Shown here: positions 45,640 to 55,006 of the stretch, piece by piece
Position numbering within the stretch: position 1 is the stretch's first letter
How the letters are laid out: the number at the start of each line of letters is the position of its first letter
IMG/VR virus record: IMGVR_UViG_3300022745_000034
Span: 1 to 63,900 of that record
Strand: one strand, 5' to 3'
DNA length: 63,900 nucleotides
From: a virus
Taxonomy: Duplodnaviria > Caudoviricetes
Notes under the pieces: model-generated
Database searches by the model: none
Told to the model about the DNA's origin: nothing
Seen by the model: only the letters and a program-made list of their open reading frames with translations
Program-made: the position numbers and the translations under genes

Positions 45640-46410
45640 ATGGCATTCGACCTCAACTCCATCACACGCGGCAAGCGCCTGCGTGCACCCAAGATCGTTA
45701 TCTACGGCCCCCCCAAGGTCGGCAAATCCACATTTGCAGCCAGTGCACCGAACCCTATCGGCATCATCACCGAAGAAGGCCTGGACAACATTGACGTGCC
45801 AGCCTTCCCCAAGGCCGAGCGTTACGACGATGTGATGCAAGCCTTGGCCACACTCTATACAGAGGCCCATGAATTCCAGACGGTGTTTGTGGATTCGTTG
45901 GACTGGCTCGAGCCGCTGATTCTGGCCAAGGTGTGCGCCGACCACAACGTCAAGAACATCGAATCTATACCGTTCGGCAAAGGCTACATATTTGCCGACG
46001 ATCTGTGGAAGCAGTTTTTCGAGGGCCTGGATGCACTGCGCAACCACAAGTCCATGACCATTGTTTGCATTGCCCACGAGCAAGTGACCAAGGTTAAGAA
46101 CCCATCCCTTGCCGACGACTACGACGCTTACTCGCTGAAGCTGAACAAGCGCGCGACTGCCCTGGTGAATGAGTGGGCAGACATCATCGGCTTTGCCCAG
46201 CACGAGATATTCACACGCCAAGTGGACCCGGCCAACAAGCTAAACAAAGATGTGAAGGCCATCAGCAACGGCGCGCGCAAGCTGCACCTAAACCCTCACC
46301 CAGCATTCATTGCAGGAAACCGCTACGGCATTCCAGACACGCCGTTGTCTTGGCCAGCATTCGCCCAGGCGATGGCTGCCGCAATGACAGCACCCTCAGT
46401 CACGTCCTGA
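45640..46410 (+). CDS. Sak4-like ATPase (AAA_24) recombinase
   Basis: IYGPPKVGKST, VDSLDWLE, FGKGY, IAH, EWAD.IGF, NRY. Confidence 0.88.
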   Translation: MAFDLNSITRGKRLRAPKIVIYGPPKVGKSTFAASAPNPIGIITEEGLDNIDVPAFPKAERYDDVMQALATLYTEAHEFQTVFVDSLDWLEPLILAKVCADHNVKNIESIPFGKGYIFADDLWKQFFEGLDALRNHKSMTIVCIAHEQVTKVKNPSLADDYDAYSLKLNKRATALVNEWADIIGFAQHEIFTRQVDPANKLNKDVKAISNGARKLHLNPHPAFIAGNRYGIPDTPLSWPAFAQAMAAAMTAPSVTS

Positions 46411-46506
46411 GAATCGAGTTTTTCTAAACCGCTTGACGCGGGCGGTATATCCGCGTCACCTTAATCGAGTTTTACTCAACTTTTCACTATTGAAGGAACG
46501 AAACAA

Positions 46507-47064
46507 ATGGCATCACTTAATGGCTTCGACGCTAGTCAAGTACCAGAGCAAATGGAATTCACCGCACTGCCAGAGGGGCAGTACGTGGTGATCGCAACGG
46601 CGTCAGAAATGAAGCCCACCAAGAACGGCCAAGGCCAGTTCTTGCAATTCACTTTTGAGGTAATGGACGGCCCATGCAAAGGCCGCAAGGTTTGGGCGCG
46701 CCTGAACCTTGTGAACAGCAACCAGACCGCCGTGGACATCGCCCAGCGCGAACTGGGTGCTATCTGCCGTGCTGTGGGGATCATCAAGCCCAACGACAGC
46801 GCAGAACTGCACAACCGTCCCCTGCTGATTACGGTGGCAGTCGAGATTGACGAGCGCAAGCGCGAAGGCAACGTCATCAAGAAGTATGAATCTGCAACCC
46901 CCGGCGGGTTGATGCAGGCCCCTACCGGCCCAGTTGCGCAGCCTTGGGGCGCTTCTGCCAATGCGCCTACTGCTGCCGTACCTCAACAAGCAGCGCCAGC
47001 ACCAGCCGCAGCCCCTTGGAGTGCTCCCGCCGCTGGTGGCGCAGCACCTTGGGCAGCTAAGTAA
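46507..47064 (+). CDS. DUF669 ssDNA-binding protein
   Basis: LPEG.Y...SEMKPTK.G.G..L...F....G...GRKVW.RLNL; P/A-rich tail ending PWA. Confidence 0.85.
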   Translation: MASLNGFDASQVPEQMEFTALPEGQYVVIATASEMKPTKNGQGQFLQFTFEVMDGPCKGRKVWARLNLVNSNQTAVDIAQRELGAICRAVGIIKPNDSAELHNRPLLITVAVEIDERKREGNVIKKYESATPGGLMQAPTGPVAQPWGASANAPTAAVPQQAAPAPAAAPWSAPAAGGAAPWAAK

Positions 47065-47142
47065 TTGAAACGGGCGGCGCCTCTGGGGGCTCCCGGGGGA
47101 TGCAACGCCGCCCACCTAATCCACCAACCAAAGGAAAGCACC

Positions 47143-47484
47143 ATGTCCAAAAAGACATTCAACCAAACGGTCGAGCAACTGCGCTATGGCACTTTGCACG
47201 ATGACCTGACCACGGCCATCAATCAGTTGACGGCTGCCGTCACAACCACCGGCAAGACCGGCACGCTGACATTGAGCATCAAGCTCAAGCCTACCAATAA
47301 CAGCGGCCAGATTGAAGTGATAGACGACATCAAGTTGTCTCTGCCCAAGGAGAACAAGGGCACTTCGATCATGTTTGCAACGCCAGAGAACAACCTGACG
47401 CGCGAAGACCCGCGCCAGCTTTCTATCGAAGGCCTGCGCACCGTGGACAAAGAAACCGGTGAACTGCGCAATGTCGCGTCCTAA
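47143..47484 (+). CDS. Conserved hypothetical protein (YfdP-like partner of DUF2303)
   Basis: TGK.G.LTL.I..KP...F.TPENNLTR.DPRQ. Confidence 0.75.
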   Translation: MSKKTFNQTVEQLRYGTLHDDLTTAINQLTAAVTTTGKTGTLTLSIKLKPTNNSGQIEVIDDIKLSLPKENKGTSIMFATPENNLTREDPRQLSIEGLRTVDKETGELRNVAS

Positions 47485-47509
47485 GTCTTAACCAACTTGA
47501 AATACCATC

Positions 47510-48301
47510 ATGACAACTGAAAACCAAACCGTCGCAGAACTAGCCGTTGCTGCCCATGGGCTCCAATTTGTTGACGGCGTGCCATACGTCGTTGCTCCAG
47601 AAGGCTATGCCGTCGAAAACCTCGAACGCATGCTGGAGACTCCCATGCGCAAGCGTGGCAAGGTCCACATGAATGACGCCGCCAGCTTCAATGCCTATGT
47701 GAATGCAGAGGCAACCCCGGCCACTCGCTTGTACGGGCAATTGAATCCTCCCGCTTTCTGCGCAGTGTTCAATGACCATGCCAGCGAACCAGGGTGGGGT
47801 GACTATGGCGTGTCCTATGACTGCCCGCTGTCTATCGAGTGGAAGACATGGACGGCAAACAGCGGCAAGACGATGACGCAAGAAGCGTTTGCGCAGTTCA
47901 TCGAAAACAACCTTCCCGACATTGCCATGCCGCCCGCTGCCGACATGCTGGAAATCTCCCGCAGCCTGGAGGCAAAGAAGAAAGTCAACTTTGCCAGCGG
48001 TGTGCGCTTGTCCAACGGCCAGAACGAACTGGTGTACGAGGAACAGGTAAGCGGCACAGCGGCCAAGGGCAAGCTCAATGTCCCAGAGGCATTCACCATC
48101 GGCATTCCCGTGCTCGAAGGTGGCGAACGCTATGCCGTGACAGCGCGCCTGCGCTATCGCATCCAAGAAGGCGGCAAGTTGTCGATGTGGTTTGAACTGG
48201 TACGCCCGCACAAGATCGTCGAAGACGCTGCAAGCGCAGTGTGGAAGGCCATCGAGGAAGGCACTGGCAAGCGCATCTTCAATGGCCGTACATCCCGCTA
48301 A
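47510..48301 (+). CDS. DUF2303 (YfdQ-like) protein
   Basis: AVFNDH...W..W......Q..FA.FIE.N..DI; F...IPV.EG...ARLRYR. Confidence 0.85.
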   Translation: MTTENQTVAELAVAAHGLQFVDGVPYVVAPEGYAVENLERMLETPMRKRGKVHMNDAASFNAYVNAEATPATRLYGQLNPPAFCAVFNDHASEPGWGDYGVSYDCPLSIEWKTWTANSGKTMTQEAFAQFIENNLPDIAMPPAADMLEISRSLEAKKKVNFASGVRLSNGQNELVYEEQVSGTAAKGKLNVPEAFTIGIPVLEGGERYAVTARLRYRIQEGGKLSMWFELVRPHKIVEDAASAVWKAIEEGTGKRIFNGRTSR

Positions 48302-48326
48302 CCCCCCAACCACCAAAGGAACAACC

Positions 48327-48587
48327 ATGAACGCACCTGTTCAAGCATTCAACCCCGCAGAAGTCCCGATCAATTTCACCCTCAACTTCAACCAAGTGAA
48401 CTTACTTCTGTCCGGTATGGCAGAGCTACCGCGCAAGCAAACGGACGGCTTCTATGAGCAGTTCCGCGCCCATGCTCTGCAAACACTGCAAGTTGCCGAG
48501 AACGCCCACAACAAAGCCCAGGAGAAGGCCGCAGCGGATGAGGCTGCGCGCAATGCTCCACCAGAAGTAGTCGGAGGTACGGACTGA
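48327..48587 (+). CDS. Hypothetical protein
   Basis: AAGGA RBS; coupled to the next gene. Confidence 0.55.
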   Translation: MNAPVQAFNPAEVPINFTLNFNQVNLLLSGMAELPRKQTDGFYEQFRAHALQTLQVAENAHNKAQEKAAADEAARNAPPEVVGGTD

Positions 48588-48781
48588 TGACCACGCGCAT
48601 CTATGTGGTGACCGACACCGAAACAACGAAGCAGCGCCTTATCCGCGCTGCTAATCAGGCCCAGGCGTTGCGAGCCGCAACAACAACCCGCTTCACCGTT
48701 GATGTGGCCAGTCAGGATGCCCTGGTCGGTTTGCTTTCTTCCGGTGTTTCAGTCGAAGAAGCGAAGGAAGACAAGCAGTGA
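48587..48781 (+). CDS. Conserved hypothetical protein
   Basis: RIYVV...RLIRAANQAQALR...VASQD.LV. Confidence 0.65.
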   Translation: MTTRIYVVTDTETTKQRLIRAANQAQALRAATTTRFTVDVASQDALVGLLSSGVSVEEAKEDKQ

Positions 48782-49257
48782 AAACCTACATCGGCACAAA
48801 GATTGTGTTGGCCGAACCCTTAACACGGGCGGCCTACAACGAGTTTCGCGGGTGGGTTCTGCCCGCTGACGAGAACGGCGACGACGAAGGCTACTTGGTC
48901 GAGTACACAGACGGCGGCAAGCCCAACGTGCCCGGGCGCAGTGGCTACGTTAGCTGGTCCCCAAAGGAACAGTTCGACAACGCATATCGCGCCTATGGCG
49001 ATATGACCTTCGGGCTGGCGCTGGAAGCTATGAAGAAGGGCTACTTCGCCCAGCGCGCAGGCTGGAACGGCAAGGGCTTGAAGCTGGGATTAGTGGGCAA
49101 AGGCGGGGCATTTGAAATAAGCATTGGCGAAGTCAGCACGCTTCCATACATCGTGATGGTCTATCCGATGGATTCGGCCAACACTCCTGGAGCGATTGTC
49201 CCGTGGCTGGCAAGCCAGACGGACATGCTGGCCGAAGATTGGAGGGTTTTGGTATGA
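48778..49257 (+). CDS. DUF2829 / Tad2-like anti-defence sponge protein
   Basis: YIGTK..AEP...GY.SWSPK..F..AY plus MTFGLALEA.K.G....RAGWNGKG...PWLASQTDMLAEDW. Confidence 0.82.
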   Translation: MKTYIGTKIVLAEPLTRAAYNEFRGWVLPADENGDDEGYLVEYTDGGKPNVPGRSGYVSWSPKEQFDNAYRAYGDMTFGLALEAMKKGYFAQRAGWNGKGLKLGLVGKGGAFEISIGEVSTLPYIVMVYPMDSANTPGAIVPWLASQTDMLAEDWRVLV

Positions 49258-49640
49258 CGACCGACGCACAAATCGAGTCCGAGATTGTGGCCAAGGGCAA
49301 AACCGCACCGCGTGTGACACCCAAACAGATCGACGCATTGCTGGCACGGGTGGAATACAAGTTTGAGTATCACCACACCAGCACCTTCTGCCATGCGTTC
49401 CTTGATGGCGAGTTCTACCTTGCTACCGGCCATTCTGCCTGCGTTTCTTTGGCTAATTACGACAAGGAAATTGGCGACCGCATAGCTGTGAGCGATGCAG
49501 CGGCCAAGGCGGTGAAGCAGTTGTGGCTCTTGGAGGGCTATGTGCTGCGCACCAAGCTGGCCGAGCCCGTAGACGACGACTTCCCACTTGGCAAAGCCTG
49601 CGACTTGTCGGGTGAAGGTACTTGCGAGAGTTGCCAGTAA
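49254..49640 (+). CDS. Phage gp49_66 family protein (candidate Acb4-like sponge)
   Basis: APRVT...I...G.SACVS..NYD.EIG..IA...A..QLW.LEGY.L. Confidence 0.78.
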   Translation: MTTDAQIESEIVAKGKTAPRVTPKQIDALLARVEYKFEYHHTSTFCHAFLDGEFYLATGHSACVSLANYDKEIGDRIAVSDAAAKAVKQLWLLEGYVLRTKLAEPVDDDFPLGKACDLSGEGTCESCQ

Positions 49641-49734
49641 GGCACCGGCATCCTGACCGGTGATCGCCCCAACGTCGGGTGCCTATGACGTGACAGCCTG
49701 GAGAGACAGGCACCTAACACTGAAGGACTGATTT

Positions 49735-50010
49735 ATGGATTACGAAGAACAGGTGCGTGCAATGGTCAAGCACGCAACTATTGAACAACCGGATTTCAAA
49801 AGTAACTTGCGTGAGCTTGGAAAGCTGATTCGTGCGCTTGGACGAGGTATTGCGCTAGTTGCACTTGGGTTGCCAAAAGAGTCACAGCCTATATTCGTGC
49901 GCGAGGTTAGCACCGCAATCATGATTGAGATTTGCAACTTCAAGCGCGAGACGCTCACCACAGAAGACTTCTTGCGCAACCACTATCACCCGGAGAAGTT
50001 CAATGGCTGA
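49735..50010 (+). CDS. Hypothetical protein
   Basis: AAGGA RBS; 91 aa. Confidence 0.5.
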   Translation: MDYEEQVRAMVKHATIEQPDFKSNLRELGKLIRALGRGIALVALGLPKESQPIFVREVSTAIMIEICNFKRETLTTEDFLRNHYHPEKFNG

Positions 50011-51085
50011 CATATCCGCAGCAACCGACCCCATTGCAGCCGCCATCTTTGAGCAATACAAAAAGCGCGGCGATGCGGAACTGGCCAGAACCTACATGGG
50101 TGGATCTGCAATCGGCAAAGAATGCTGGCGCGCGCTCTGGTACGGCTTCCACTTGGCCAGCCCCACACAGTTCAACGGTCGCATGTACCGCTTGTTCCAG
50201 ACCGGGCACTTGGCCGAGCCGCGTTTTTGCGACGATCTGCGCAGCATCGGGTGCACTGTATGGGAGTGCGACCCTGCCACCGGTAAGCAGTTCTCCTACT
50301 CCGATGTGTATGGCCACATGCGCGGCAATCTTGACGCCGTTGCCAAAGGCATTCCTACCGGTGGCGGCAAGCCTCACTTGGTCGAAATGAAGACCCATTC
50401 GGACAAGTCGTTTGCCAAGCTCAAGAAAGACGGAGTGAAGAAGGCCAAGCCAGAGCACTGGATTCAGATGAACACCTATATGGGCTGGGCAGGCCTGGAG
50501 CGTGCGCTGTATCTCGCCGTCAACAAGGACACAGACGACCTCTACACCGAGCGCCTGGAGTTCGACAAAGTGGTGTTCGAGAAAACCATTGCAAAAGCTG
50601 AAACCATCATCTTTTTGCCAGCACCGCCAGCCAAAATTAGCGAAGACCCGAAGTATTACCTTTGCAACTGGTGTGACCACCAAGCCGTTTGCCATGGCCA
50701 CCGCGTCCCGCAGGTAACTTGCCGCTCTTGCGTGCACGCTACCCCAGAGCGCGACGGTGATGCCCGCTGGTCATGCGCGAAGGCCGGACCAGAGTCCAGC
50801 ATTCCAGTAGAAGTCCAGCGCGTTGGCTGCCCCCAGCACCTCCCCCTGCCATTCTTGGTGACCTATGCCGATGCCATCGACGCTGGCGAAGGCTGGATTG
50901 AGTTTCAGCGCAAGGACAACGGAGCCAAGTTTGTAGTGGCAGCCCAAGGCGCCACACACCCATACCCGGACTTCCCTGTTTACACCACGCAGGAGGTAAG
51001 TGCCGCCGCCGACCACCGGGCTATTGCTGACCCGGAGATTGAGAAAATCAGAATGCAATTCCCAGGATCGAGAATTACTGGATAA
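50003..51085 (+). CDS. PD-(D/E)xK (Cas4/RecB-like) exonuclease
   Basis: R.Y.G.S.IG.EC.R.LWY, G..D, VEMKTH, H..QM..YM, C.WC....VC, CRSC.H. Confidence 0.85.
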   Translation: MADISAATDPIAAAIFEQYKKRGDAELARTYMGGSAIGKECWRALWYGFHLASPTQFNGRMYRLFQTGHLAEPRFCDDLRSIGCTVWECDPATGKQFSYSDVYGHMRGNLDAVAKGIPTGGGKPHLVEMKTHSDKSFAKLKKDGVKKAKPEHWIQMNTYMGWAGLERALYLAVNKDTDDLYTERLEFDKVVFEKTIAKAETIIFLPAPPAKISEDPKYYLCNWCDHQAVCHGHRVPQVTCRSCVHATPERDGDARWSCAKAGPESSIPVEVQRVGCPQHLPLPFLVTYADAIDAGEGWIEFQRKDNGAKFVVAAQGATHPYPDFPVYTTQEVSAAADHRAIADPEIEKIRMQFPGSRITG

Positions 51086-51088
51086 AAC

Positions 51089-51451
51089 ATGATCGTCTTT
51101 ACCCAATACCAAAACCAAGCAATGCGCACCGCTAAGCCCGGTGACACGAATTTCAACCTGACGCACGCCGCGTTTGGAGTTTCAGGAGAGGCGGGTGAGT
51201 TCGCTGACTGCATCAAGAAGTACCTGATCTACGGCAAGCAACTTGACCGTGAAAACGCCACTGAAGAACTTGGCGATCTGCTGTGGTTCATTGCGCTTGC
51301 GTGCAGTGCGTTGGGCACCACCATGGATAAGGTGGCGCAGGCAAACATCGACAAGCTGCGAAGGCGGTATCCAGAGAAATACAGCGATCAGCACGCTTTG
51401 GCACGCCTAGACAAGCAGCATGACCAGCAACAAAGCCAATTCACCCCCTGA
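51089..51451 (+). CDS. MazG-like nucleotide pyrophosphohydrolase
   Basis: YQ..A.RT, G..GEAGE..D..KK, EELGDLLW, N..KL.RRYP. Confidence 0.88.
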   Translation: MIVFTQYQNQAMRTAKPGDTNFNLTHAAFGVSGEAGEFADCIKKYLIYGKQLDRENATEELGDLLWFIALACSALGTTMDKVAQANIDKLRRRYPEKYSDQHALARLDKQHDQQQSQFTP

Positions 51452-51632
51452 TTGGCTCATTCAAACCCAGTGCTACGGGAAGCATCGGTTTGAAGACGGC
51501 GGGCTGGCCAAAGAGGTCGCCCGCAAGTCAGCCAAGCGCAAAGACAGTAAGGCCAGCGCCTACCGGTGCATTCACTGCGGTGGATGGCACGTCGGCAATG
51601 GCAATGGGAAGAAATTTAATCAGAGGAAGTAA
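51420..51632 (+). CDS. Small zinc-ribbon protein
   Basis: C.GK.RF...AYRC.HCGGWHVG. Confidence 0.7.
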   Translation: MTSNKANSPPDWLIQTQCYGKHRFEDGGLAKEVARKSAKRKDSKASAYRCIHCGGWHVGNGNGKKFNQRK

Positions 51633-51637
51633 GCAGT

Positions 51638-52006
51638 ATGAGTTTTCACGTACCAGAGAAATATCGGCTTGAGCCAGCAGGGATGCCAAGGGGTGACGAG
51701 CACAACGGCTATTTTGTTGTCCAGCTAAATCATGGCCAAAAGTTCATGGTGATTGCCAGTAACGGTATGGGCTGGGAGCACGTCAGCGTCAGTCGCAAAG
51801 ACCGCTGCCCAACTTGGGCTGAAATGTGCCAGATCAAAGACCTGTTCTGGGACGACGCCGATTGCGTTGTGCAATACCACCCACCACACAGCGAGTATGT
51901 AAACAACCATCCGTATTGCCTGCATATGTGGCGACCAACCGGTGTTGCTTTACCGATCCCCGACAGCATCATGGTCGGTTACAAAGATGTTGGGGTGATC
52001 GTATGA
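51638..52006 (+). CDS. Conserved hypothetical phage protein
   Basis: GWEHVSVS...PTW.EM...KDLFW...HPP..EYVN.HP.CLH.W. Confidence 0.8.
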   Translation: MSFHVPEKYRLEPAGMPRGDEHNGYFVVQLNHGQKFMVIASNGMGWEHVSVSRKDRCPTWAEMCQIKDLFWDDADCVVQYHPPHSEYVNNHPYCLHMWRPTGVALPIPDSIMVGYKDVGVIV

Positions 52007-53748
52007 CCGTCAGCCTTCGCCCCTACCAACAGGCCAGCATCAACGCGCTCTACACCTACTTTGCCAACAATACCGGCAATCCGCTGATCGTTCTACCGAC
52101 CGGAGCCGGCAAGAGCCTTACCCTGGCCGGGTTCATTCGTGGAGCACTTGAGGCGTACCAATCAACGCGCATAGTCGTATTGACGCACGTACGCGAATTA
52201 ATTGAACAGGACGCCAAGGCCATCATCCGGTACTGGCCAGAAGCACCTATCGGTATCTGGTCGGCTGGTGTGGGCCTCAAGCAAAAGGACCAGATCACCG
52301 TGGCTGGCATCCAGTCGGTGCACAACATGCCTGCCAAGTTCGGCGGCACCGATCTGGTGATTGTGGATGAGGCCCACCTGATACCGCGCAAGGCAGACAC
52401 GATGTATGGCCGGTTCCTGGCGGGCCTGCGTCAGCACAACCCGGCGCTCAAGGTGATCGGGTTGACCGCTACGCACTACCGCATGGACTCAGGCCTGCTG
52501 ACCGAAGGTGAAGACCGCATATTCACCGACGTGGCCTACGAGGCCCATGTGGGAGAACTGATAAAGGACGGCTACCTCTGCCCGCTGGTGGCCAAGAACG
52601 GCGCAACCAAGGCAGATCTGACCGCCGTGCACACCCGTGGTGGCGAGTTTGTGGCCAATGAATTGCAGGCTGCAATGGACAAGGAAAACCTGATCCATGG
52701 TGCGCTTGACGAGGTGGCCAAGTACGCCCACGACCGCCAGCACATCCTTGGGTTCTGTGCCGGGGTGGAGCACGCCATGCACTGCGCCCTGGCTGCCAAC
52801 GCACGCGGGTGGACCGCTGGCTACGTCAGTGGGGATATGGGCAATGCCGAGCGCGACAAGGTGCTCAATGACTTTTCATCGGGCCGCATCCGTTTTCTGT
52901 TCAATGCCATGCTGCTGACCACCGGCTACGACTTCCCCGGAATCGACTGCCTTGTGATGCTGCGACCAACGAAGTCCACCGGCCTGTACGTCCAGATCAT
53001 GGGCCGGGGGCTGCGCAATGTGTATGCCCCAGGCTTTGACCTGACAACCATCGACGGTCGCTTGGTGGCCATTGCCAACGGTCCAAAGGTGAATTGCTTG
53101 GTGCTGGACTTTGCCGGTAACGTGGAGCGCCACGGCCCCATCGACCAGATAAAGGTCAAGCGCAAAGGCGGCAAGGGAGAGTCTGTATCGGTGGCGCCCG
53201 TGAAGGAATGCCCCAACTGCCATGAGCTGGTCCATACCAGCGTGATGATTTGCCCGCAGTGCGGGAACATTTGGGAGCGCGGTGCTTCACACGGCACCGA
53301 AGCTGCCGACGCTGTGATCGTGGCCGCGCTCGAAAAGCCTCGCCTGTATCTGGTGGACCGGGTGGAGTACCAGAAGCACGAGAAGGCTGGCAAAGCGCCA
53401 AGCCTGAAGGTTACCTACTGGTGCGGTCCGTCAACATTTTCGGAGTGGGTACCAATCTGTGATGAGCGGGCTTACATCAAGAAGCACGCCATTTCATGGT
53501 ACTGGCAGCGCGGGTTGATGTGCCCAAACACTATTGATGAAGCACTCGACCAAATTCGTTTGGACAAGGTTCCGGCACCTTTTCGCATAGAAGTTAAACC
53601 AGATGGCAAATACTGGAGGGTAATTGGCGCAACCATGAAGATGAATGTTTGCATTGGGCAAACCTTTAACGAGACTGAAATTTTTGGTCAGTATGGGGTG
53701 TCCACCGTTGTGGAGCGCGAAAAGGCATTCTGGGAGCAAGTCGAATGA
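52003..53748 (+). CDS. SF2 DEAH helicase (RadD/YejH-like)
   Basis: LRPYQ, PTGAGKS, DEAH, GLTAT, TTGYD, QIMGRGLR, CPNC/CPQC. Confidence 0.92.
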   Translation: MTVSLRPYQQASINALYTYFANNTGNPLIVLPTGAGKSLTLAGFIRGALEAYQSTRIVVLTHVRELIEQDAKAIIRYWPEAPIGIWSAGVGLKQKDQITVAGIQSVHNMPAKFGGTDLVIVDEAHLIPRKADTMYGRFLAGLRQHNPALKVIGLTATHYRMDSGLLTEGEDRIFTDVAYEAHVGELIKDGYLCPLVAKNGATKADLTAVHTRGGEFVANELQAAMDKENLIHGALDEVAKYAHDRQHILGFCAGVEHAMHCALAANARGWTAGYVSGDMGNAERDKVLNDFSSGRIRFLFNAMLLTTGYDFPGIDCLVMLRPTKSTGLYVQIMGRGLRNVYAPGFDLTTIDGRLVAIANGPKVNCLVLDFAGNVERHGPIDQIKVKRKGGKGESVSVAPVKECPNCHELVHTSVMICPQCGNIWERGASHGTEAADAVIVAALEKPRLYLVDRVEYQKHEKAGKAPSLKVTYWCGPSTFSEWVPICDERAYIKKHAISWYWQRGLMCPNTIDEALDQIRLDKVPAPFRIEVKPDGKYWRVIGATMKMNVCIGQTFNETEIFGQYGVSTVVEREKAFWEQVE

Positions 53749-54263
53749 ACAAGCCATCAATCGACCGACTTCACGAGGTCTTTGAGTACAGCAACGGCGC
53801 TTTGATCTGGAAGGTGAAGCCAAGTCCGATGGCCCACAGGTCGAAGGTCGGTACCGAAGCTGGCAGGACACAAGCGCACAAGTATGACGACATCCAGTTG
53901 GATGGATGCAGGTTAAAAGCGCATCACATCGTCTGGGCAATGCACAAGGGCGAATACCCGTCAATGCAGGTTGACCACATCAACCGAAACAAGATGGACA
54001 ACAGGATTGAAAACTTGCGTCTTGCAACGCCAACAGACAACGCAGCCAACTGCTCAAGCGTCAAGAACACGACATCACGTTACCTTGGAGTGTCATGGAA
54101 GGCAGCCAACAAGGCATGGGTAGCGCAAATCAGCAAGGGCTACAAGCGCAAGCACCTTGGCCTTTTCAGTACAGAAGATGAAGCTGCACTGGCCTACAAC
54201 AATGCAGCCATTGAGCTGCACGGCGAATTTGCAAACTTGAATAACGTAGGAAGTGCAGCATGA
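53745..54263 (+). CDS. HNH endonuclease with AP2 domain
   Basis: VDHINRNKMDNRIENLR; SRYLGVSW...W.AQI...HLG.F..E.EAA.AY..AA...HGEFA. Confidence 0.9.
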   Translation: MNKPSIDRLHEVFEYSNGALIWKVKPSPMAHRSKVGTEAGRTQAHKYDDIQLDGCRLKAHHIVWAMHKGEYPSMQVDHINRNKMDNRIENLRLATPTDNAANCSSVKNTTSRYLGVSWKAANKAWVAQISKGYKRKHLGLFSTEDEAALAYNNAAIELHGEFANLNNVGSAA

Positions 54264-54520
54264 AACCCATCCAATCAGGCGACCGCGCCATCATCATCGC
54301 CGGAGCCCTTGGCGACAAAGGGCCGAACGTCGGCAAGACCGTCACCGTTGGCACACTGCGCGGCGAGCATTCCCAGCACGGGCGTATCTGGCGCGTGCAT
54401 GGCGAAGGCCTTGTGACTGAATACGGAGCCACTGGGGGCAGCGTTGACTGCGCCCAGAGCTGGCTGCAAAAGATCGAACCGCCGCCCGTGCGCGCCAAAG
54501 AGAAGGAGGCCCAAGCATGA
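54260..54520 (+). CDS. Hypothetical protein
   Basis: ATGA-coupled ORF. Confidence 0.6.
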   Translation: MKPIQSGDRAIIIAGALGDKGPNVGKTVTVGTLRGEHSQHGRIWRVHGEGLVTEYGATGGSVDCAQSWLQKIEPPPVRAKEKEAQA

Positions 54521-54720
54521 GCCGCGCCTACATTGAGGTCCGTATCAACATCGCCCGCCGTGAAGTCGAGTATTGGCAGAACCTGCTGCGTGACAAGTCG
54601 TGCAACGACTGCCAGAACTTCCAGCAAAACGGCTGCAAGTTGGCCAACGGAATCACCCCACCACCCGAAGTCCAGAAGACCGGCTGCGATAGCTGGGACT
54701 GGGACTGCATCCCATTTTGA
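54517..54720 (+). CDS. Small Cys-rich hypothetical protein
   Basis: CNDC.NF...C......PP.EV...GC..W...IPF. Confidence 0.7.
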   Translation: MSRAYIEVRINIARREVEYWQNLLRDKSCNDCQNFQQNGCKLANGITPPPEVQKTGCDSWDWDCIPF

Positions 54721-54729
54721 GGCAACCAC

Positions 54730-54942
54730 ATGCGAACAGACTTCATGCTCCTGGCCATCTACAACAAGCCGCGCCTGTCATTCGATCAGGTGTGCGAGGC
54801 CATAGGGGTGGCCAAGCAGACCGGCTACAACCTTCGCGCCCGGGGGGAGTTCCCGGTTCCCCTGGCTGGCAACCCACTTACCGCTGACATACGGGATGTG
54901 GCTGCGCACCTTGACACCATGCGCCAGCCAACCGCCGCCTGA
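54730..54942 (+). CDS. PrtN/AlpA-like HTH protein, probable excisionase
   Basis: T.F.LLA.Y...L....VC..IG...T.YN....G.FPVP...D.RDVA..LD; adjacent to attP and integrase. Confidence 0.72.
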   Translation: MRTDFMLLAIYNKPRLSFDQVCEAIGVAKQTGYNLRARGEFPVPLAGNPLTADIRDVAAHLDTMRQPTAA

Positions 54943-55006
54943 CGTTGAGTTTTTCTTTGCCCGGAATTTGCACCAAAATGCCCGCAAACCGCGTGGTTAC
55001 GGGCTT

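Noticed and set aside
50003-51085. Cas4-like nuclease as evidence of CRISPR-Cas
   Set aside because: Stand-alone phage recombination exonuclease in a Sak4/DUF669/helicase context
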